64,000 nt of DNA from a virus. Its lineage: Duplodnaviria; Caudoviricetes. Made by a program: the position numbers and the translations under genes. Where the stretch lies: positions 138,678 through 202,677 of IMG/VR virus record IMGVR_UViG_3300037067_013225; one strand, given 5' to 3'. The notes under the pieces are model-generated. The model ran no database searches and had not been told where the DNA came from. It worked only from the letters and a program-made list of their open reading frames with translations. Positions 39,689 to 51,529 of this stretch are shown piece after piece. Numbering within the stretch: the first letter of the stretch is position 1; each line of letters begins with the position of its first letter.

Positions 39689-40921
39689 GTGGGGGATAAC
39701 CCCACCGGAAATTTGAGGATGTTGATGATTGTAACTATACCGATTCTTCTAAATAATGATGTTGTACAGGCTCTTTCCAGTACGTTGCGTGATTCGTGTA
39801 TTACACAGCTAAAAGAAAACGCAGAATGGAAGGTATTTTATCCGGCAAAATTAAAACCGGCAGATTATTCGTTTGTCGATTTCAAAACGGAAATTTGTTC
39901 CGAAGATAATACGAAACAAATAGCGTTAATTAGGTATATGCTGGATACCCTGCCCTTGGCTCTAAAAAATAGACCAGATATCATTGTGGGGGAATAAAAT
40001 GACGTTAAGGAATTTTTTTAATAAAGAATTGGAGAGGATGTATGGCGATGGTTCGGGTAAAATTAAGCTAAAGTCAGGGGATTTATATTTTCGCGTTACA
40101 CGGAATCATCGTGCGACACAGATTGGTCCACTTGAATGGCAGTACGAAGATCTTGGTTGGAACGTTTTTTCTTTTGACGGATATCCCGATCTAAAACCGC
40201 ACTTTCGTAGAGCGGAATCATATATTACGGAGTCTTTAAATGAACGATTTCACATGAATCTTAATTTACATATAGAGGATTTATAGGAAGTGACAATGAA
40301 GGTTAAAATGACATTGGAATGCACATTCGATATTGACGAGCGTTATTGGTGTGACGATATGGATGAGGAGGAATGGAATGCGTATAATAGTGGCGAGTTT
40401 GCAATGCCTCCAGAAGTATCAAAGGCACTCGAAGAGAGAATTAAAAATCTATCTTTAGATGCAGGTTGTATTGATATAGATGGTTGCGGCAATACAATAG
40501 CTATTCCGACAAATGCGAAATTCGAGGTTATTGCACCAAAATTAAAGAGTAAGAAATGAAAGAATTTATTATTGTTGTTATGAATAATGGAACCTCCTGT
40601 ACAACGATGGATTCGGGGGCATATTTTGATCCGAATTGGGAAGGTCCAAGTACAGATTGGATATCTTATATACATAGTCGGATGAAGGCGCATGATGACG
40701 ATACGATACGTGCGGTAACAATCTGTCTGGCGAAAGAGATGGCGGAAAAATCTAATGGTTGTGTTGATGGTTCGTATTTGATAGAAATACACGATGACAA
40801 TACGATACATTGTGTTGCAAAGGTCCAGCCAACCGTAAAGCTTATGTTAACGCAAACGAATATGGATGGCGAGATATTATCTGTTACAGAACCCAATACT
40901 GTTAAATCGGGAGATGCTTAG
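39689..40921 (+). other. Four small hypothetical genes (39689-39997, 39984-40286, 40290-40559, 40556-40921)
   Basis: Contiguous ORFs. Confidence 0.55.
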
Positions 40922-41571
40922 TGGAGAAGGTTGTTTGTATTGCTAATGGATTGATCCCAGATGGTATATATTTAGCCGGACATGCTGATTTTGATGCAAT
41001 TTTAAGTAAAATTGGTAGAGCCAGATTCCTAGCATTACGTGACAAAGCTGACAAAACAGAATTCGCTCTAGAAAATAATACCAGCATTCGACAATTGATC
41101 ACGTATATCGTGGTTCAGGACGGCAGAAATCTGTTTATCTATCGTAGGACATCCGGTACGGGAGAAAAACGTCTAGCGGGCTTGTATGCGCTTCCTGGAG
41201 GCCATATGAACGCCATGAGTAGTGATTTTTTATCCGATATTTCCTATGATGCTACACGCGAATTAAGAGAGGAATTGGATATTAGACAATTAGATCCGGT
41301 ATTTCATGAAGATGGCACATTGCTTCCGTTTAAGATTTTGGGAATATTACAGCAATCATGTGTCGTCGATGCTAATCTGGTTAATCTGGTACATACTGGA
41401 ATTATTGTGAAATACAATATTACGGATCGTTTTAATGTCAGCGTTAGAGAATCGGGAAAGATGTGTGATTTAACACAGGTCAACGAGTATAATTATTCCG
41501 ATTATTTCAAGGAGAGTGAATCTTGGTTGCAAAATCTGCTACCACTGTTTCCCCAGCTAATAACGATGTAG
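40921..41571 (+). CDS. Nudix hydrolase
   Basis: RQLITYIVV, EKRL.G.Y.LPGGH, ATRELREEL. Confidence 0.8.
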   Translation: MEKVVCIANGLIPDGIYLAGHADFDAILSKIGRARFLALRDKADKTEFALENNTSIRQLITYIVVQDGRNLFIYRRTSGTGEKRLAGLYALPGGHMNAMSSDFLSDISYDATRELREELDIRQLDPVFHEDGTLLPFKILGILQQSCVVDANLVNLVHTGIIVKYNITDRFNVSVRESGKMCDLTQVNEYNYSDYFKESESWLQNLLPLFPQLITM

Positions 41572-44500
41572 TGCTGGAAAAGGTATATGTTACTCGAACT
41601 GCCACACACAGTTCTAGCAGGATGGTTATTTGGGAATTATCCGATGGAACATTTGTGCGACTATATTTTAACACTAATGGCGAAGTGCATTGTTCTAGAA
41701 AAGAAAATATGTCATTTATGGATAAATTTATTAGAGAGCACGATTCATATGTGGTTTATCAGAAAAATGGTAAGATAGACGTACCGACACCGGATTGGTA
41801 TGATTCAGATATCCCGCTAAACGAATCGCCACCGCAAATATTAGAGCAGGGGGAGGTTCCACAAATCCGTGGAAAACGTGGTAGGCCGAAAACAAATAAA
41901 AGGCCCACCAAAGCGGTACTCGAAAGTTGTTCACAGCATCCCACATATCATGGATTGAGAAAACCTCACATTCCCTGTGAAGAATGTTTGGCCCTGTATG
42001 ATAAAAAACAAGGAGAAAAACATGGCAAATAACGTAACGACACCGGTGCAACCGGCCAAAATCGATCCCGAATTAATCAAGACTCTAGTGTCTAAGATGA
42101 ACGGTACGGTTGAGATTGCAAACGGGCAAGTCAAAATCAATTGTTCCGTCCCGTTGGATGAAATTCTTAAACTAGTGCTCAAGTAACCCAGGCTCTATTA
42201 GACTCCAATAGAAAGCACATCATTAAGGACACTAGCAGCAATGAACATGATCATCGATGAATCAACGTTAGATAAATTTCTAGCGGATTTAGCACCGAAA
42301 TTGCCGTTTACGATATCGGATTCGTGGATTGAGGCAAATTCATACATTGGGATTAGTCTGCATTTCGATGGTAAAAAGGTTAAGTTAAAAATTATACCAC
42401 AAGTGCTTGACGGTAAATTAGCTTTTCGTATAGATAAGGCTTTTTTGGTCGGAATCAATATTAATGTTGCACCATTATTATCTAAATTGGAGAATTATAT
42501 AAATGCCAACATTCCTCAGCCTCTACAAAATCTTATAAAAATGGACAACCATACTCTTGTTGTGAATATACCGACTAAGTTTGCGGGTGTAACGGCTAAA
42601 GCGGAAATCTTTATCGGATTTTAAAATGCGTGGAAATATCAGCGACAAGAATTTGTTGAAACGTGAACGCAGAATGTTCCGTAGAATAAATCGTTATGGG
42701 AATCCGCATCGATATGGATTGCTGATGCACATAGCCACAGAATACTGGATATATGAGGTTACTGAGAGATATCGAACCACAATGCGTTTGCGCCCTAAAT
42801 TCAAACGTAGCACAAATAAATTAATTGAGGAGTTTTTATATGACTAGTCCCCAGATAAAGAATTTTCTAATGAAATTAGAAGCTATGCTTACTCGTTTAA
42901 CTAAATGTTCATTAGCAGATTGGTCTGAGGAGTATAATCGGTTAGAAAAGCAACTTGATAAGGTACAACGAAAAGACTTTGAGATAAGGAAAAAAGATCC
43001 AGATTGGTACGAATGGTTGTATACGATGCGTTGGCGCTATTTGAATTTGGGCAATATCCCACCGGATGAAATTTTGGCAAGATTAAATAAGGCTATAAAG
43101 TATATCCATCGTTTGTGGGAGAAGAAATCATATACACCGGAAGAAATCGTCTGTGAACAATGCGTAGGTGCGGGTAAATGTGTTCAGCGAGTAAATATCG
43201 GGTGCGATCCTTATCCGGATTATGAAGATCGATACTGTACATGTAGAAAATGTGATGGACAGGGTAAGCGCATTAAATCTGGATTCGAATTGGAGGATTG
43301 ATTTGTATAAGAAAAGGTATGATGTTGTACAAGTAATGAAAAATTTGTATACTGGCGATTTTACATATATGATAAAATGTACCAGTTTTGATGATAATAC
43401 TGAAAATCATCTAAATACTACTATGTATTGGGATGAAAAGTTCTTGGGCGAGAATTATCCTTATTGGTTTGAAAAATCTGCCGATGCTAAGAAATTCGCC
43501 ACATTAGAGAAGGCACTATGTACTCTAGATTATTTACTGGAGCACAAACCAGTTCCAGATACAATTGTTTATACAAAGGTGGTCGATGGATAATTTTCAT
43601 GGCCCTTGGCTAAATTTTGAAGTTCCAAACGAGCAGATATCTTTAGATTCCATTGATAGAGCCGATGCGGCATCATATGGGAAGGAACTCCTCATATATC
43701 GGTTGCGAGAACATGGTGATTATTACGGATATTTGCCCGAAATAGATAAAAATCGGTTCACATCCAACGAACTAACAACAATCGCTAACAATCCGAACAA
43801 CATCAGTAATCCAGATACGTATATGAAAATCGGATCACCAGCCAAGAATGCTCTATTATTTCGCGGCCTACAGACACACAATCTTGACAATCTGCGTCCC
43901 GATGAACTACCCACGATACGATTTAGTTTGGAACGGTTCAAAGGGAACAACAGCATTATGAGCTTGGTGCAGGATAGTAGCAATAATCTGCAAATGGCCT
44001 ATTGGATGATGAAAACCAAGCTATTCGATACGGCAGACAAAAAGGTATCGCAATCCTTCAATGCCCTATTTCAGCAGGAAAATGCGCTAACTAGATCATT
44101 GATGGACGATGATATCGAACCGGTAGATACTTACGATTTAGAATATCTGGATAAGTTGCGCAAAACTAAAATGTTGCGATCCGAAACCGATTTTGCAAAT
44201 TATATCGCAAAAGATAAACTGGGATTTATTTCGGGTGGATTGGGTGGTATATCTAAGCCATCGGTAACGAATATGTTATCTGTTAGAGCCTTTGCTACAG
44301 ATAATCGCAGACAATTTTCACATACCAATCCGGCAGATTATATTCGCGATATCGGAACAAAGGATTATATTAATTATCGTTTTGAAGTCGTTACGATAAA
44401 TCATGATGATTACTTAGAAGTGCAGTGGAGTTTCCCGCAATCAGACCGCTTGGCTCTAACAAATGCAGGTGAATCATGGACGCAAGCGGATCTAATCAAA

Positions 44501-45712
44501 CTATATGCTAAGGTATAAGGAATACAAATGGAAATCGTACAAGATAATCGTCGTCAACAAACACTAGAAAAAATTAAAACGATTCTGGATGAGCAGGGTT
44601 TCCCAGAAGCTATTATTTGCCTTAAAGATAATGAGGGATCATCATTAACGCCCATGACGGAAGATATAGGTTACGTTTTGCATACCGCAACGACTATATT
44701 GCATCAGATATGTGGTATTGATGAGGAGAAAATTATAAACTTCTATAGGGGCGTGGGCATTTTGATTGATAATGCGGAAGAAGCACATGATGCAGAAGTT
44801 TAGAATCATTGCGATATGGTTTATACCGCTTATTGCAGGATTGATATTATTTCTATTGCATATAGATGTATGGTTTTATGCGACTGTACCTATGGCATTT
44901 CTTGTATACGGGTGGATTTGCTCGGATGCAGGGGATTTCGCCGGATTTAAATCGGGATATCAATGCGGATTGGAAGAGGGCTGGGCAGACGCATCTAAGC
45001 GTTGGAGTGCAGTTATCAAACCGCTTATTGGGGATGTCTCCGAATATAGAGACGAATATAACAAGATCGTAGAAAAGATGGGAGAGCCGGAAGATAAAAT
45101 AGCTGATACTGGCTCTCAAGGCTCTAATAAATCAAAGGAATAACGATGGGTTTAAAAATAGAAGCACCCGAATATAAAATCGGTATGGGTGGAATCGATA
45201 TCATCCTTAATGAAACGCGCTGGAAAGAAGGTATTTGTCACCTTACGTTTGGACAACGTAGTGGGCGGACATATATTCCTGCAACGTTGATTAATCCCGT
45301 TACACTGACTATGCCGGAAACAATGATGCGCGCTATGGAGGAATCCGCTCGTAAAGATGGAATCGTTTTAAATCAGGATTTTAGCGGAGAGATGGAAAAG
45401 GCATTGGGAGATCACGGAGAAAAGGAATATTCATTACCGGCTGGTCTCACGATGTATATATTTGGACTCATTTGTAATTGGGAAAAGCGCGATGATTATT
45501 TCGGACATTTGGGCGATCCTATCGCGATGTGTATTCCAGAGGGAACCGAATTGACATCTGCGCCATTTCATGCGCGAGATTTACATATCGATTGGTTGGG
45601 GGTTAACGGACTTAACAAAACACTAACAGACATTACTGCCGATGTGTTGATTCAGCGCTTAGTCATGGAAAAGGTGCGAGGATCGTCACCTCGGTCTATC
45701 ATTACGTACTGA
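41523..45712 (+). other. Run of hypothetical genes including 42241-42624, 42825-43301, 43565-44518, 44528-44803, 45146-45712
   Basis: Contiguous plus-strand ORFs without recognised domains. Confidence 0.55.
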
Positions 45713-45713
45713 T

Positions 45714-46151
45714 ATGGAACGTACCAATATGGATCGATATAAATTATCAGATTTGGTATATTTTGCGGATGGAACTCCATTTAATACGGAAAATTATCAG
45801 TCTAGATATATAACGTCCGTGGAGGAATGGAAAAAGATCGTCCTTATGTATCCGCCGTTAGGATATCCGCATGGAACAATTTTGCACATAATAATAAATC
45901 AGATAGACGGATATCCGATACGATACGTAACATACAATGGACGAACAGGAACATACAATCCGTCACCAGCAGTAAGAGGAATTGATCCTGGCACATCGGA
46001 AATGAAAATCGGTTATTCAGATAGAGGCACATTATATGATGTTACTTTGCGTTTAGGTGGCACTCTAGATAACATTATCGTTTACGAAATCATCCCCTCT
46101 TATAATGCCATTATGTATCCAGCACCAACACTAACGGAAATTGATTTCTAA
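45714..46151 (+). CDS. Hypothetical protein, IDF-tagged (LTEIDF*)
   Basis: ORF track. Confidence 0.75.
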   Translation: MERTNMDRYKLSDLVYFADGTPFNTENYQSRYITSVEEWKKIVLMYPPLGYPHGTILHIIINQIDGYPIRYVTYNGRTGTYNPSPAVRGIDPGTSEMKIGYSDRGTLYDVTLRLGGTLDNIIVYEIIPSYNAIMYPAPTLTEIDF

Positions 46152-46471
46152 TGCAGCAAGGTGACGAAAAGATATTCCTCATCAACGAGAAAACATATAT
46201 TACTCGATATGATTATATGGATAAAACTAATCCCAATTGTATGTGGAATAAATATGTGATTTTATCCGAGCCTTATTACTCATGGCGCAAAAAATATATA
46301 TTCTCATATGTGGAAGAACAGTATGAGAATCCGTCTAATGTTCGCGTTACTGTACATTTACATTATAATATTGTTATAGCTGAGCGAACGATTGATGAAA
46401 CTATTGGTTTATTGGAACATTTTTATAAAGATTTTGGTAGAGCCGAAGACATGGTTATGATCGATTTTTAG
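46151..46471 (+). CDS. Hypothetical protein, IDF-tagged (MVMIDF*)
   Basis: ORF track; its 3' end overlaps the convergent HNH gene. Confidence 0.75.
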   Translation: MQQGDEKIFLINEKTYITRYDYMDKTNPNCMWNKYVILSEPYYSWRKKYIFSYVEEQYENPSNVRVTVHLHYNIVIAERTIDETIGLLEHFYKDFGRAEDMVMIDF

Positions 46472-46817
46472 CTTTTATTCCCAAATATGTTGAGACTGGT
46501 TGGTTCCCGCGTTCATTATTACATGGCCCACAAGCTATCGTTAGGTTGGATAGAACTGTTGGCCCACCTTTAGATTTCGGCCTAATATGTTCTAACGTCA
46601 TTTCCTCAACCTGTAATATTCTGCCACAATATGTGCATCTATCTCCTCGTCGCAATCTCAACCACGCAATCAAATAATCATGACGTTCCTTTTTAGATAA
46701 TGTGGTATTTAGGCCCGCCATATCGTATTTTTGTTTTGGGGATTTACGTTTCTTCTTCTGGTGTATTTTAAGAAATCGTGTCAGATTTAATCCCGCAATA
46801 CGATATTTTGTGCTCAT
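46455..46817 (-). CDS. HNH endonuclease
   Basis: CTYCG..TLEHIRPKSKGG..SNLTIACGPCNNERG. Confidence 0.85.
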   Translation of the reverse strand: MSTKYRIAGLNLTRFLKIHQKKKRKSPKQKYDMAGLNTTLSKKERHDYLIAWLRLRRGDRCTYCGRILQVEEMTLEHIRPKSKGGPTVLSNLTIACGPCNNERGNQPVSTYLGIKAKNRS

Positions 46818-47704
46818 TTAATCTGCTCCAGTATTTCATAAGCTTTAGGTAAAACTCGCCGTTTGTTAGTGATTTGCATATATCCGCATTTGATTAGGTA
46901 TCCCTCCTGATATCTAATCGTTTCAGGCGTTTCGTTAAGCATACCGCATAAAGCCGTCAAAGATAACGCATCATGCTCAACCAACAGGCGTAATATTTTG
47001 ATATCCAATAAATCGATACCACCAGAATACAGATCGAGCGATTCGCAAACAGCATTGGCTCTATCCAAATCTACGCAGGGGATATTTCTAGCTATTTGAT
47101 GCCGATGACATGCATTTAATGTTCTTATAATAGTTCTAGGAATACCTTTAGATCTGTTTACGATTTCTAGTAGAGCCTGGGGCGTTATATTTAGGTTTAA
47201 TTTCCCCACATAGGTTTGTGCTATTTCGTCCAGTTCATCCAGCGAATATTCCGTCATTTGGATACAATCCATCCTAGACAACAGGGGTTGCGGAATTACC
47301 GATTTGTTGTTCGATGCGATAATCACGGAAAACTGCTTTTTATTGGGCAGATAATATTCCGTACCGTCATATAAAAAACGATCTTCCTCTAGTGCTGGGC
47401 GTAGAAAAGCATCGAGTGGTTTGTTGGGATGATTCCACTCTTCTAAGAAAATGATCAGGGGTTTGGCTCCCATGTGGGATGCCAAACATGCCAATATCTG
47501 TGCGGGTCGCGCATCTAATGCATTAATAGTAACGATATCAGCACCGATTTCTTCAGCTACGGCGTGTGCGAACGTTGTTTTGCCGGTTCCGCCGACACCG
47601 CTTGCGAATAGCAAATGCGGGAGCCTTCCGGCATGCTGCGCATACAGGATGGATTCCGTTAATAGCGCTTTGGCTTTGGACTGGCCCACGAGTCCTGTGA
47701 ACAT
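46814..47704 (-). CDS. ruvB: RuvB-like Holliday junction branch-migration ATPase
   Basis: VGQ..AK, LPHLLF.G..GTGKTTFA, PLLSRM, YSLDEL, RSKGIPR, GIDLLDIKIL; start set at ATG 47704 because a promoter lies just upstream. Confidence 0.85.
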   Translation of the reverse strand: MFTGLVGQSKAKALLTESILYAQHAGRLPHLLFASGVGGTGKTTFAHAVAEEIGADIVTINALDARPAQILACLASHMGAKPLIIFLEEWNHPNKPLDAFLRPALEEDRFLYDGTEYYLPNKKQFSVIIASNNKSVIPQPLLSRMDCIQMTEYSLDELDEIAQTYVGKLNLNITPQALLEIVNRSKGIPRTIIRTLNACHRHQIARNIPCVDLDRANAVCESLDLYSGGIDLLDIKILRLLVEHDALSLTALCGMLNETPETIRYQEGYLIKCGYMQITNKRRVLPKAYEILEQIK

Positions 47705-47710
47705 ACTCGT

Positions 47711-47739
47711 ATTGTACCACGGACACCCACGCAAGTCAA
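47711..47739 (-). promoter_or_regulatory. sigma70-type promoter, leaderless for ruvB
   Basis: TTGACT-17-(TGG)TACAAT; ATG after 6 nt. Confidence 0.75.
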
Positions 47740-47776
47740 GCACCCAATCCGGGTAAGATGGGTTGTGGAGAAATAA

Positions 47777-48139
47777 ATGACTACAACTGAAACTAGTTTT
47801 TTGACAAAAAATATTTCATTTGGTGTTGACGATATCGCTGCCAGAAATCGATTTCGACTGATTCATGTGGCTTCGGAAGGGGGAGATACCGCTTGTACGG
47901 CATCTATTGTGGGAAAACTTGGTGTTGCAATGCTGCAACAGATATCTTGTTATTCTACGGAAAGCACCGCAACGTTATCTATAACTTATGGAACTACGGT
48001 TGTGTGGAAGCAATTAGTAGGGAATACTTTTCGTTGTATCGATATCAAGATTCCCAACACGCAGGGAGAAGATGTTACGATATCATTAAGCGCATCAGGT
48101 GCGGGTAGTTATTTGGATGTTACGTGGGTTTTGGTTTAG
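47777..48139 (+). CDS. Hypothetical beta-rich protein
   Basis: GGAG SD; isolated plus-strand gene. Confidence 0.6.
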   Translation: MTTTETSFLTKNISFGVDDIAARNRFRLIHVASEGGDTACTASIVGKLGVAMLQQISCYSTESTATLSITYGTTVVWKQLVGNTFRCIDIKIPNTQGEDVTISLSASGAGSYLDVTWVLV

Positions 48140-48441
48140 AAATCTATCATTTCATATTCGAATTCGAATAAATTTATGATGAAGTTCATGTAAGTATAAT
48201 GGTTTTCATTGTCCCATACATAATCAACACAATAATACGTGTTATTCTCGAATGTAATATACATAGGTACAACATCACCTTCGGTTAGCATCCATCCATC
48301 TTGTATATAGATTGCTACACTGAATATCTGATTGTATATATCCAGTGGTAATAATCCGAACGATAGATATCGGCATTCGTGCAAATCAGTCGGAACAGGA
48401 AGCGGATGTACCAGTATATCTTTTTTAAGCTTATACATCAA
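48136..48441 (-). CDS. Hypothetical protein, IDF-tagged (YEMIDF*)
   Basis: ORF track; convergent with 47777-48139. Confidence 0.75.
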   Translation of the reverse strand: MMYKLKKDILVHPLPVPTDLHECRYLSFGLLPLDIYNQIFSVAIYIQDGWMLTEGDVVPMYITFENNTYYCVDYVWDNENHYTYMNFIINLFEFEYEMIDF

Positions 48442-48836
48442 AAATCAATTTCCTGTAATGAATCCGCTTCAGGCTCTACCAAATCTCGCAGTAAGCACAT
48501 GGTTTCTCCAGTCATTACATTTGAGGCAGTTTTCATATCATCGGAAAACCACTTTGTGTTGCGACGGCATTGATACCATGGTTTCTTTTCTGGATGATAT
48601 TCTCTAACATCAATCCAATCATCGGGATTTCCATCCAGGGGTAGGATATTTTCGAAATTGGCTAACTTGGTGAATAAAGCTATCACAGCATCAGCGCTAC
48701 CCCCCGAATGTTCCTGAGATGCGAATAATTCCATCAAATGCATTACACTGAGACGAATCAGACCGTCGTAATCTTCGTCGCCAGTCCCGGCATATAACAG
48801 GTCAAGCTCTCGCTGTGCGTGCTCTATTAAACTCAT
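48438..48836 (-). CDS. Phage protein, IDF-tagged (LQEIDF*), leaderless
   Basis: HAQRELD..FASQEHSGGSA; ATG 5 nt after the -10 box. Confidence 0.75.
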   Translation of the reverse strand: MSLIEHAQRELDLLYAGTGDEDYDGLIRLSVMHLMELFASQEHSGGSADAVIALFTKLANFENILPLDGNPDDWIDVREYHPEKKPWYQCRRNTKWFSDDMKTASNVMTGETMCLLRDLVEPEADSLQEIDF

Positions 48837-48841
48837 GCCGA

Positions 48842-48901
48842 ATTATACCGTAATCCAAGCCAAAAGTCAAGCTTGACAAACCGGGATTCCGCTGGTATAA
48901 T
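48842..48901. promoter_or_regulatory. Second back-to-back divergent promoter pair
   Basis: Minus TTGACT-17-TATAAT; plus TTGACA(48873)-17-TATAAT(48896); palindrome GTCAAGCTTGAC. Confidence 0.85.
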
Positions 48902-49148
48902 AGTGGTACCTAGGGTCTATTCCGGGTATATTGTGATAGTTGATGTTTTGGAGAACAAATGACGCAAACGATATTCGTTGGTAACAAGGGCGACAGTGTG
49001 CGCTTTCAGCAATATTGGCCTTGTATCGTGAGAGATATTTCTCCCGGTAAAGATCGGCTTGAGATTGAATTCGTAGTTGGGAAACATACATATGTATGGG
49101 AAGTTCCCGCCACCGTAGTAGATCGCAATCCATTTGCCGGGAGTAAAA

Positions 49149-49754
49149 ATGCGTAATGCGCTAGAAATATCGGAACCGTTAATGCGTTTTGATTCCAGTT
49201 CCGGCGCAGCATGGATATATGATGATATTACAACACATACAGTATTGGAAGTTAGTCGATTTCTGCGCGAAACATATGAAGCGCCAGTATTACAAATAGA
49301 TATAAATAATAATCACGAACGGCGCGACATCATCCTGGAGATTATGTCCGGTGGTGGATGTGTCAAGAGTGCTCTATCAATTTACGATATGTTACGACGC
49401 ACTTCCGAAGCGTTTAAACGTAATGTTGCAAAACCACATATCATTACGGTGGGAGTGGGATTAATTGCATCTAGCGCCACTTTAATATTCGCTGCCGGTG
49501 ATCAACGTCTAGCATACAAACATACAACATTTTTATTCCATCAACCAGAAATATTGGGATTATTTGGCGTTTCTGAACGCATCGCCCGTGAGGGCGAATA
49601 TTTGCAAACGATAGAAACACAAATGACTGCGATTTATAATTCCGTTATTAAAAAGAAAGGTATTGATATTGCGAAAAAGATTAAGGCAAAATCGGATCTT
49701 ATTATTTCCGCGCAAGAAGCGCTTGAATGGGGATTGGTTACGGAAATTTTGTAG
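49149..49754 (+). CDS. clpP: ClpP-family protease subunit
   Basis: IMSGGGCV..SIYD, GLIASSATLIFAAG..R, FLFHQP, DLIISAQEALEWGLVTEI; Ser/His/Asp triad positions present. Confidence 0.85.
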   Translation: MRNALEISEPLMRFDSSSGAAWIYDDITTHTVLEVSRFLRETYEAPVLQIDINNNHERRDIILEIMSGGGCVKSALSIYDMLRRTSEAFKRNVAKPHIITVGVGLIASSATLIFAAGDQRLAYKHTTFLFHQPEILGLFGVSERIAREGEYLQTIETQMTAIYNSVIKKKGIDIAKKIKAKSDLIISAQEALEWGLVTEIL

Positions 49755-49760
49755 AGCCGC

Positions 49761-49791
49761 GCTTGACAAACCGGGATTCCGCTGGTATACT
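49761..49791 (+). promoter_or_regulatory. recA promoter; 29-bp identical direct repeat of 48871-48899
   Basis: GCTTGACAAACCGGGATTCCGCTGGTATA at both positions. Confidence 0.85.
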
Positions 49792-49844
49792 AGGTGTGTC
49801 ATTGCGTTCGATTGTGGAGAGATATAAAATGATGAGGGATTGAT

Positions 49845-50801
49845 TTGGCAAAAAAGAACGAAGAGAAAAGCGATATCACAACACTATTTGATAAAATTAA
49901 TAAACAATATGGTTCCGGCACATTAAAATCGGCGACAGATGCGATTGATGCGGAACGAATATCGACCGGTAGTATCGTATTAGATCAGCTTACAAAGGGT
50001 GGTGTTCCGCGCGGATTTATCACACATATATATGGATCGGAAGGTGCCGGTAAAACAACATTAGCTTTACGAATAGCGAAAGAAGCCCAAAAAATTGGGC
50101 TTGGTGTAATGTATATCGATGTAGAGCAAACAGTTCGCGCTTCATATTTGGATTCGTTAGGTATAAATACAGACATAGATAAGTTTGTTTTATCCAGTGC
50201 TTCATTGGGAGAGGATGTAATTCAGATTGTTAGAGAGGTTTCTGAATCTGGATTGTTCGGATTAATTATTGTGGATTCTGTAGCGGCCATGACATCTAAA
50301 ATGGAGCTTGACGGTTCATTCGGAGATGCTATAATGGGCGTTAAAGCACGTCTTATGTCGCAAATGGCGCGTGTATTGCCTAAGATTATCAACGATAATA
50401 ATGTAGCTTTAATCTTTATTAATCAAATGCGTGATAGTATCGGCCCATATGGAGGGAAACCTATTCCTGGTGGCCGAGGTCTTAAATATTCAAGTGCGTT
50501 GGCATTAGAGTTAATCCGAATTAAAAAAACGCCCGATCATATTGTTGTTAAAACAACCGTAGAAAAAAATAAATTTGGGAAATCGTTTGATAGTGCCGAG
50601 ATACAAGTATTTTTCGGCAGAGGAACGGATATTTATTATGAATTAGTGGAGCTTGGAGAGGAGCATAAACTATGGACAAAAGGTGGCGCATGGTATACAT
50701 ATGGTGAACAAAAATTCCAGGGTGCCGATAAATTGGTAGAATATCTCCGCACCCTGTCAGAAGATGAATTAGATATCCTGATCGACAAATGTAAGCAATA
50801 G
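49845..50801 (+). CDS. recA: RecA recombinase
   Basis: ISTGSIVLD, GGVPRG, YGSEGAGKTTL, IVDSVAA, ARLMSQ, IFINQMR, PGGRGLKY, KNK, GAWY. Confidence 0.95.
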   Translation: MAKKNEEKSDITTLFDKINKQYGSGTLKSATDAIDAERISTGSIVLDQLTKGGVPRGFITHIYGSEGAGKTTLALRIAKEAQKIGLGVMYIDVEQTVRASYLDSLGINTDIDKFVLSSASLGEDVIQIVREVSESGLFGLIIVDSVAAMTSKMELDGSFGDAIMGVKARLMSQMARVLPKIINDNNVALIFINQMRDSIGPYGGKPIPGGRGLKYSSALALELIRIKKTPDHIVVKTTVEKNKFGKSFDSAEIQVFFGRGTDIYYELVELGEEHKLWTKGGAWYTYGEQKFQGADKLVEYLRTLSEDELDILIDKCKQ

Positions 50802-50808
50802 GATCAAG

Positions 50809-51201
50809 ATGCCAAACGAATTATATGATGCATTATATTCGGTAGACTATTCTGGCCCTATTCTAATTACAAGGCACAAATTCTTTACGGATGTTTTTCC
50901 TTTAGGAATCGTTTTTTGGTTTGAAGTGGGAAGGATGCGCGACGGAAGAAACACTCTGGACATCCATTACAAACTGGTAGATAGCTCTTATCGATATGCC
51001 AAGTTTGCTGCCACATATCATGTTTTCGGATATTGTGTGTGGGAGAGGGATCATTCTGTGTGTGATTTTTATCCAGCCCAGACCTCAGATTTTGGTCTTG
51101 ATAGATATATGTTATCGAAAGACGAACTTTTATCGCACATTAATAATTGTCTTAGCAAATATCTGACGGATTCAGATCGGTGGGTGGAAATTGATTTTTA
51201 G
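50809..51201 (+). CDS. Hypothetical protein, IDF-tagged (WVEIDF*)
   Basis: ORF track. Confidence 0.75.
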   Translation: MPNELYDALYSVDYSGPILITRHKFFTDVFPLGIVFWFEVGRMRDGRNTLDIHYKLVDSSYRYAKFAATYHVFGYCVWERDHSVCDFYPAQTSDFGLDRYMLSKDELLSHINNCLSKYLTDSDRWVEIDF

Positions 51202-51529
51202 CATGGAAGAAATCGTGTATCATTTCTATGCATTAGATAGCGTACATCCCATAGATTTGGGAATATTTTCCAAATTGGGATATGTGCCGGATTCGTGTTT
51301 TATGATAGAGCCATCACAAACATATGACGAATGGATGGTGTATGGATTCGGCCCAAAACGATTACAAGGTTATGCGGGTCGCGGCAATTTGGCACCATGG
51401 TTTTTTAGAACTGCCGATAAGCCAACTTTTAATATTGAAGCGGCAAGTATTGAATCGCTTCTTTTGGCTATAAATGATTATATGATCGGTAGACACCCCA
51501 TAAAAGAGTGGCAGGAGATTGACTTTTGA
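51191..51529 (+). CDS. Hypothetical protein, IDF-tagged (WQEIDF*)
   Basis: ORF track; likely ATG 51203. Confidence 0.75.
   Translation: MIFSMEEIVYHFYALDSVHPIDLGIFSKLGYVPDSCFMIEPSQTYDEWMVYGFGPKRLQGYAGRGNLAPWFFRTADKPTFNIEAASIESLLLAINDYMIGRHPIKEWQEIDF

Noticed and set aside
42241-42624. C-termini IFIGF (42624), CAREF (32947), HIEDL (40286) and SWEDL (31098) as tag variants
   Set aside because: They do not fit the invariant [E/M]IDF pattern; not counted.
46814-47743. ORF-track start of ruvB at 47743 (similarly 52044, 58969, 33452)
   Set aside because: These extensions run through promoter boxes or upstream genes; downstream ATGs fit promoter or SD positions better.
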